In this document: one piece after another, positions 57,300 through 64,000 of the stretch
How positions within the stretch are numbered: position 1 is the stretch's first letter
How the letters are laid out: every line of letters begins with the position of its first letter
Assembly: GCA_028534125.1 (NCBI GenBank)
Contig: CM052832.1
Coordinates: forward strand, 24,740,001-24,804,000
DNA: 64,000 bases
Direction of reading: 5' to 3'
DNA from: Lama glama
Taxonomy: Eukaryota
Translations under genes and position numbers: made by a program
The notes under the pieces: model-generated
Databases searched by the model: none
What the model saw: the letters and a program-made list of their open reading frames with translations, nothing else
What the model was told of the DNA's origin: nothing

Positions 57300-58182
57300 G
57301 ATTGCAAGTGTGATCTTGAAGAAGTCATTTAACCTCTCTATGTCTCAGTTTCCTCATCTACAAAATGGAAATAATTGTACCTCTTTGCTAGACTATTAGG
57401 TATCTCGAACTTAACACACCCAAAAACAAAATTTCTGATTCTGATCTATTTCCAAACTAGCTCTTTCTTTAGTTTCCCCACCTCAATAAATGGCAGCTTC
57501 ATCAGTCGTTCAGGCTAAAAGCTTGGAATCATCATTGGCTCCATCCACAGATCCCGGCCTATTGCAATCTTCTCCTAACCATTATTTCTGCTTCTGCTTT
57601 TGCTGCTCTGCAGAGTATCCTTTGTAAATAGCCACAATGGTGCTTTAAAATCAACTCACTCCTCTGCTCATAACCTCCAATAGTTTCCTGTCTCACTCAG
57701 AATAAGAGCCAAAAAGCTGGTTAATGGGATCTAGCCCCCCCATGTTCTCCAGCCCATCTTCTACCCCTTCTGTTGGTTGCTCACGGCCCTGAAGCCACAC
57801 TGGCCCCCTTGCTATTCCTTAACTGAACATGTTTGTGCCTCAGGACCTTTGCACCAGCTGTTCCCGCGGCTTAGAAAACTCTGTCCCTGGATATTTACAC
57901 AACTCATTTCCTTACTTCCTTGTGCTCTTAACTCAAAGCCTTGTGTGACTCCCCTATTTAAAATAACAAGTCCCAGACCCAACATTCCACACCTTCTTTC
58001 CTGCTTTATTGGTCTCCATCGCACCTCTTACAACAGGCACATTCTATAATTTCCTTATTTATTTTTTATTGCCTGACTCCCTCCTCTCCTTGGCTCCCTG
58101 GAGCAGGTGTTTTTGTTTTGCTGACTGCTCTGTCCTCAGCTGCTAGAAAAGTGCTTGGCACATAGGAGATACTCAATAATTA
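57300..58182 (+). mobile_element. MIR followed by L2 fragments
   Basis: MIR core aagtcatttaacctctctatgtctcagtttcctcatct; L2 3' end gtgcttggcacatagg...ctcaataa. Confidence 0.75.
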
Positions 58183-58186
58183 TGGG

Positions 58187-58739
58187 TGTGTTGAGGGCCC
58201 CGGAGACCACTCCCAGGTCTGGTGATTAGCTAGGAGGACTGGCAGAAGTCAGCATAGAGCTGTACTGCTGTGACTGCTTCCAGTGAAAGGCCACCTGGTA
58301 CAATCAGCAGGAGAAAAGGCACATGAGGCAAAGTCCAGGAAACCAGACACAAGCTTCCCAGGGCCTTCCCCCAGCCGAGTTACGTAGGACCCCTTAATTC
58401 ATCCAGCAGTGAGCTGTAACAGGACATGTGCAACACTGTCTATCAGGGATTTTCATTAGAGACTTGGGACCCAGGGTTTTTACTGCAAGTTGCTCACATA
58501 GACACCCTCTGTCTAGCAGGTGCCAAAATCTCAGACTCCCCAAAGCAAAGCAGGTGTGCAGCATAAACTGTGTTGTTTGTGTAGACAGCCTGGGAACCAT
58601 GAATCATTCTTATCAGCCCTGGGACTGGGGAGAACCCTCCCCAAACCCAAATTCTCTGATTCCAGCCAAGAGCCAACCTTGCAAGCTGGCCCTTCCAAAG
58701 ACAGCAGTCTCAGACCTGCTGCATTAACTCTTCTGCACC
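58187..58739 (-). mobile_element. MER68/MER77-like ERVL solo LTR
   Basis: Reverse complement starts GTGCAGAAGAGTTAATGCAGCAGGTCTGAGACTGCT...CTTGCAAGGTTGGC. Confidence 0.75.
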
Positions 58740-61700
58740 ACGTGTGAAAATAAGCCGTCACTTTCTAACTGACCAAAAATGGAGCACTTCTGAGCTCAGG
58801 AGCAAGATAAGATCCATTAAATAAAATAAAATTTCCTGTTTTGCACATTGGAATCCCGCTGAGTAGGTTCTGAACTTACTTACAGACATGAACACAGTTT
58901 GCATATCTTAAAAGTAGCCAGGCATGGAAAGAAGGTATGGTTAGAACCTCATGCATGGCTTGGCTTCTGTGCATGTTAGGATCTGTTTCTGAAGGGGAGG
59001 TGAAGGAGAGAGCTCTCAATGAAGCAAGTGTCTTTGATAGGGTGTCTCGTGACTGACAGCCTTTAGTATAACATCTTTGTATTTTTGATTTTTGCTCTTT
59101 GAATACTCAATGTTCAGCAAAGGACCTAGCATATATGAAGAGCTACATAAATATTTGTATAGCACATAAATGATACTACTATAAATATTAAAAATGGTTC
59201 TGTTTTATGGGCATGTAAGTAAAATCCCACTCCTGTTTAAGATAAATATGACTTGTGCCAGATGCTGAATTCAACTTGAAGACTGGTGTTACAGCCACTG
59301 TGATGAAACAGGTTAAAATATTTGTATTGAGTCTTATTTATGTTGGAATTGTAGATAAATGGTTGGCATGTATTGCTTTGTTTGCTTAAGCTAAAAGGAG
59401 ATGGGGAAACATGTGCGTGCACATGCAAGTACACCCACATGCGCACCACACACACCCTTAAAAACTGTCTGGAGTTGTATGGGTTTGGGGGAGGAACATC
59501 TCTAGTCCTCCAAATCGAGACTTGCTTACAGCAGCCTTCTTAGACGTGAGACCGTCACAATAACATTGAGGCCGTGGAGAGATTTCTCAGGATAGACTCT
59601 CCTCAGAAACTTAATCCAAATCATTTTTCAAGCTGTAAAAACCAGTAAAAGTCAGGCTGGTTTACTGCGGCCTGAAATGAGACAGGTAGAGATTTAAGAC
59701 GGGTAGAGATTTAAATGTGTTTATCGTCTTGATTTGAAGATGATATCTTGTGGTTTAGGACCTTCGCCCAATAAAACTTCTTTCTTATAAATATTATGTA
59801 TTTTGCCTAATATATATTCCTAGAGCATTTTTTAAATGGAGCCTGATAATTTGCTTTTAACTTCTGATGAAAATTAGCATGGCTTTTATATATACATATA
59901 CATATATGCCTATGTGCATACATATATACATCCATATGCTTGTGTTTTTTAACTTCCCATGACTGTTTAAAAATGTTTGCTTACTCCTACCTTGTCGTAA
60001 AATCCAAAATTTATGACAGGAGAGAGTAAAACTCTCTAGAAGTGTAAAATTAACCCTTTCTCAAGCAGGCAAACTCAGCTCTAATTCGCAGCTGTGGCCT
60101 TGTGGCTGACATAATCATTAACGATATTTTAATGCTCAAGATAAAAGGAAGGAGAAACGATCTTGTGAAAAACACAGGGCAAACCCACAAAAATGTAACG
60201 CGATGTAACACTTAAGAGTTCTGCATTTCTGCATAGAGTGACTGTATCTGAAATATTCTTGTGGATGTTCTCCTATGCAAATATTGATTCAACAAGAAAA
60301 GGAAACTTGGAAAGCATATTTCTAGATGTAAGACTTGAAAATGAATGCTGAACAGTTTTTCTAGGCTATAGCACAATTAGACGTTCCTAAAGTTTTAGCA
60401 CTGAGTCTGACCTTAAGAGACCCAGACATAATTTTTCACTATGCAGAGGAGGAGATTGGGTCCAGAGATATAAAGGAGTTTGCCTGAGGTCACATGACAA
60501 ATCTGGGGCCGGTGGAAGAATCCTTGGCTTCCACTCCTAGAATTTTCTTTCGGATAGCTTACTGCTTCCTTCAGTCTCTATGAGAAGGAATGCAGGCATT
60601 AATTATCCGCTGTGTATATAATAGTATAGGAGGTTCGGAATTAATACAGCTTTAATCAGAAAGTGACCTTATGCCTCTTAAACTGAAGTGGGTCAGGCTT
60701 TCCTATGTGATGCAATTTTTAGGTTGTACTCAGGGAGTAAACAGTTGGGGAGACCATGCCTTCCTTGGACTCACCATGGAAACCAGTACTCTCCAAATGT
60801 CCACTGAAACTCAGATGACTTTGATGTAAATGCTGCATTTTGGCAGAGGAATCCTGGAACTTCGAGGGTCTGCGTTTTCCTCAAATACCACTTTGTAACA
60901 GACTTCCTTCCTTTGGTTGGTGGACTCTCTTGGGCCAGCTAGAGCGGGTGAGCCTCACACATACAGCTGGCCTGTGCAACTTGAGTGTAGGGTGGCAGTT
61001 TAAATTTAGTTGCACGTGCTATATGAAAACCTAAAGAATGTTTTTGGTGTCTTGCAATATATTTTTAAAAAGCTGGTTGGTTGCTTGCGCCTGGGGTTCT
61101 CCATGACGGATGACCTCATAAATGGAAACTGGTGTGGTGGTCTCCTCTCTCTGGGGCCAACTGATGTGATGGAGCGGTCACTCAGTCTGAGCCACCGTGG
61201 AGACCTGTAGCAGGAGTGCTGCGTGTCCCCCGAGATGTGCCTGCAGACCTAGAGGGTACTTCCCTCTCCCACCCCCTTGCATGCTCAGTGCCCTCCACGG
61301 AGTGGTGAGAAACAGAACCTCTATTCCACTTTCTGCCCGCAGTCTAACGGCAGGTTGGCATTCAAGTTTGCTTGTGTTTCCCTTATACCTGGTGAGTACA
61401 AGCCCACTCTCTGAGCACAACCTGAGCAGCTTAGCAGAAGGTGAACCTTTTCCTGGCTCTACCTCCAAAACGAGAAAACGAGTCTTCAATTACACAGGCA
61501 CAGTCTGTTTCAAAACAAACCTCTGGTTTCATGTTAGGATCAATCCCACCCGTCCTCCTACCCACGTCAGCCCAGGCTGGTACTTTTCCAACAAATGATT
61601 GTCATAATACAATATGTCACTAACTTGATGTTCACCTAGGGGCAGCGGTAAGACAAATTAGTGTGAAGTTTTGCTTCTTTAAGCAGAGTGAGAACAATTC

Positions 61701-63123
61701 AACTTTCAGGCCACAATAAGGGCTTTTTTCTCATTGGATTTCTTCACCAGGATGCAAAAGATTCAACAAAATTCTTTCTATTGTTGCAGCTGCCACACAT
61801 AACCAATGATTCCCAATTTCTTAAGGAAATGAACGTTTGCAGATGCTGGAATAAACAGTGGCCAGGATAAGAAGGGAAGCTCCTTGTCAGCTATAATTGC
61901 ATCCATCACTGTTTTCAGTTTGCTAGCAATAAAACTCAGTCCTTGTTCGGTAAGACATGCACCACCCGGTATGGCAAATCACAAAGCCTCTAGTTGGGAT
62001 ACTCCCAGCATCCACTGGTTAAAATAGGATTACAATGGCATTAGAGCCAGAGACCCAGGGTCACAAGCAAAAGGAAACACTGAACATCAGAAAGATGCCA
62101 TCTTCTAGGTAACAAATTGACCACGTGCTTTCTCAGACAGCTGGCAGAACATCTGTGGGGACAGAGGCCAGAGAGATGACCAACTAGGCTGTGATTTTCC
62201 ACTTACAATACAGAAAATATAAATAGAAGTGACCCCCCAGCACGCTTCTGTGATCTGTACCACAGTAAGCTTTGACTGCCGATCCCATTTGGCACCTGAC
62301 GCCTGCCCAAAAAATATTCTTCCACCCTTCCCAGCACTACAATGGAAAACATTCCCATGGCGAATAAAAGTAACAGAAAAAAAGTTACCCTTATACATCA
62401 CATGTTAGCTTGAAGCCAAAATTAACATATTGTCTAAAACTCCCCTTGGAATGTTCTTCCCTTGCTAGCTCCTGCTCCACTCCCTAACCATTACACAGCA
62501 TCTGACTCAAAAACCTCTCAGCCCCTAGATTTTGAATGCTTATTTTAAAACTCTTTATACTTTTTTCTACATGCTAAATTTTAGACAGTTCTACTTTAGG
62601 ATAAAGCCATACATTTCAGTAACATGTTAGACTAAAAGAGGAAGCAATTCAGTTTTAAGACAACAGTTCCAGTCTCCTAATTCAGAACAACATTTTTAAG
62701 AGCGAAGATATTCTGTGCTTTTGATGTTGCATTGTTTGTCCTTATAAAAGTCATGCTTTCATTTTCGGGGGGGAAGTTTTATCATACAACAACAGCAACA
62801 GCACGACTTCCAGGGTAAGTATTATACGGACTTGATATTCTTCCTTTAGACATTTTCATTTTGGCCTAACTCATAACAATACATCTAATGATCTAAGGAA
62901 AGCTGAAATTGTTATGTTCTCACATATCTTGTTATATTTTATATTTACATATTTCATATATTTGTCCTACTTTATGTATTGCCTGATATAAAAATATCTT
63001 TGCTTGATCTAACCCATATCTAACCAACTCTACCTTTAAGTATCAGCCATATTGACATTATCTTAAAGATCTTTGAGCATTAGAAAAAACTAAGTTAAGG
63101 AACTTCTTGGAATATGCTTGGGA

Positions 63124-63484
63124 CGTTATGGACTGAATGTTTTTGTGCTCCCCCCAAATTTATATTTTGAAATCTTATATTTATATTTTGAAATCTTAAC
63201 CCCCAACGTGCTGGTACTAGGAGGTGTTTAGGTCATGAGGGTTCCACTCTCATGAATGGGGTTAAGGTCTACGAAAGAGACCCCAGGACCTCCCCTATGC
63301 ATCCTGCCATGTGCAGATGCATGCCTATGAACCAACACGTGGGTCCTCTTCAACACGCACCAAATCTGCCAGCACCTTGGCCTTGGACTTCCCACCCTCC
63401 AGAACTGAGAGAAATACATTTCTGTTGTTTATAAGCCAGCCAGTCTATGGTATTTTTGCTATAGCTGCCTGAACAGACTAAGAA
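63124..63484 (+). mobile_element. MLT1A-like MaLR solo LTR with internal 21-bp tandem duplication
   Basis: gttatggactgaatgt...cctccagaactgagagaaatacatttctgttgtttataagcc...gaacagactaaga; atttatattttgaaatctta x2 at 63158-63198. Confidence 0.88.
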
Positions 63485-64000
63485 AATACAACAACATCGA
63501 AACTCAACTTTCACCTCTTATTGTCATTGTTAACAAGTCTCAACCAAAGCTTTGGCTACGACTATTTTAATATATCTGATGTCAGACCTTTAATCTACCA
63601 GACTTTATGCACCTGTTGGTCTTTTTGGTTGGACTTTGTCTCATCTTTGAAGCAAGACTGACCTGCAGCTTCACCGTGTGTCAGCTTTAATCCTTTGTAG
63701 GCTGACTGCACACCTGTACTTTAGATCAGATATTGTTGTCGAACTGGGCTGAAAGGTTAGTATTGATTACACCTTCATTAGGTCAAAGTGATTTGATGTG
63801 GACGTGGCCTCTCTTGAGGGTTCTGAGCAATCAGGAGCCCAATAAGGTATATATGGGACACAGATGTGCACTGTTGCTTCCAAAGAATTCTGTGCTGTGT
63901 GCCTTTCATGCTTCTTTTACAATTACAAAGAAAGGCTGAACGATTATATTCAACAAGCCAGTAATGTGGACACCATGCACTACTTTCTTTGATTATCTGT

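Noticed and set aside
61631..61647. CTCF-like cacctaggggcagc
   Set aside because: One G short of the core and mismatched at the 5' end

Overview
Mammalian genomic DNA, probably camelid (inferred from a young tRNA-derived SINE family), with two 500-N scaffold gaps. It holds one protein-coding gene: MYLIP/IDOL, the FERM-RING E3 ligase that degrades the LDL receptor. The gene lies on the minus strand with 7 coding exons (42389 to 24219) that join into an intact 1338-nt, 445-aa ORF. It has a CpG-island promoter (TATA-like, GC and CCAAT boxes) and a ~1.45 kb 3'UTR. The rest is intronic or intergenic sequence rich in L1, L2, MIR, LTR (MLT1, MER21, MER68-like, ERV1), DNA-transposon relics and SINEs. 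I see no evidence of a new multi-gene system. The most interesting signals are: (1) a cluster of DR4/LXRE-like elements in intron 2; (2) a hairpin ending exactly at the intron-2 acceptor that resembles the human tailed-mirtron-like MIR4639; (3) an obligatory GC splice donor on intron 5; (4) a CpG-rich exon 6 with apparently AT>GC-biased amino-acid changes reaching into the RING; (5) a tandem duplication of the intron-3 branch-point region; (6) two tail-less internal L1 insertions. Comparisons with human sequence and repeat-family names are from memory and need database confirmation.
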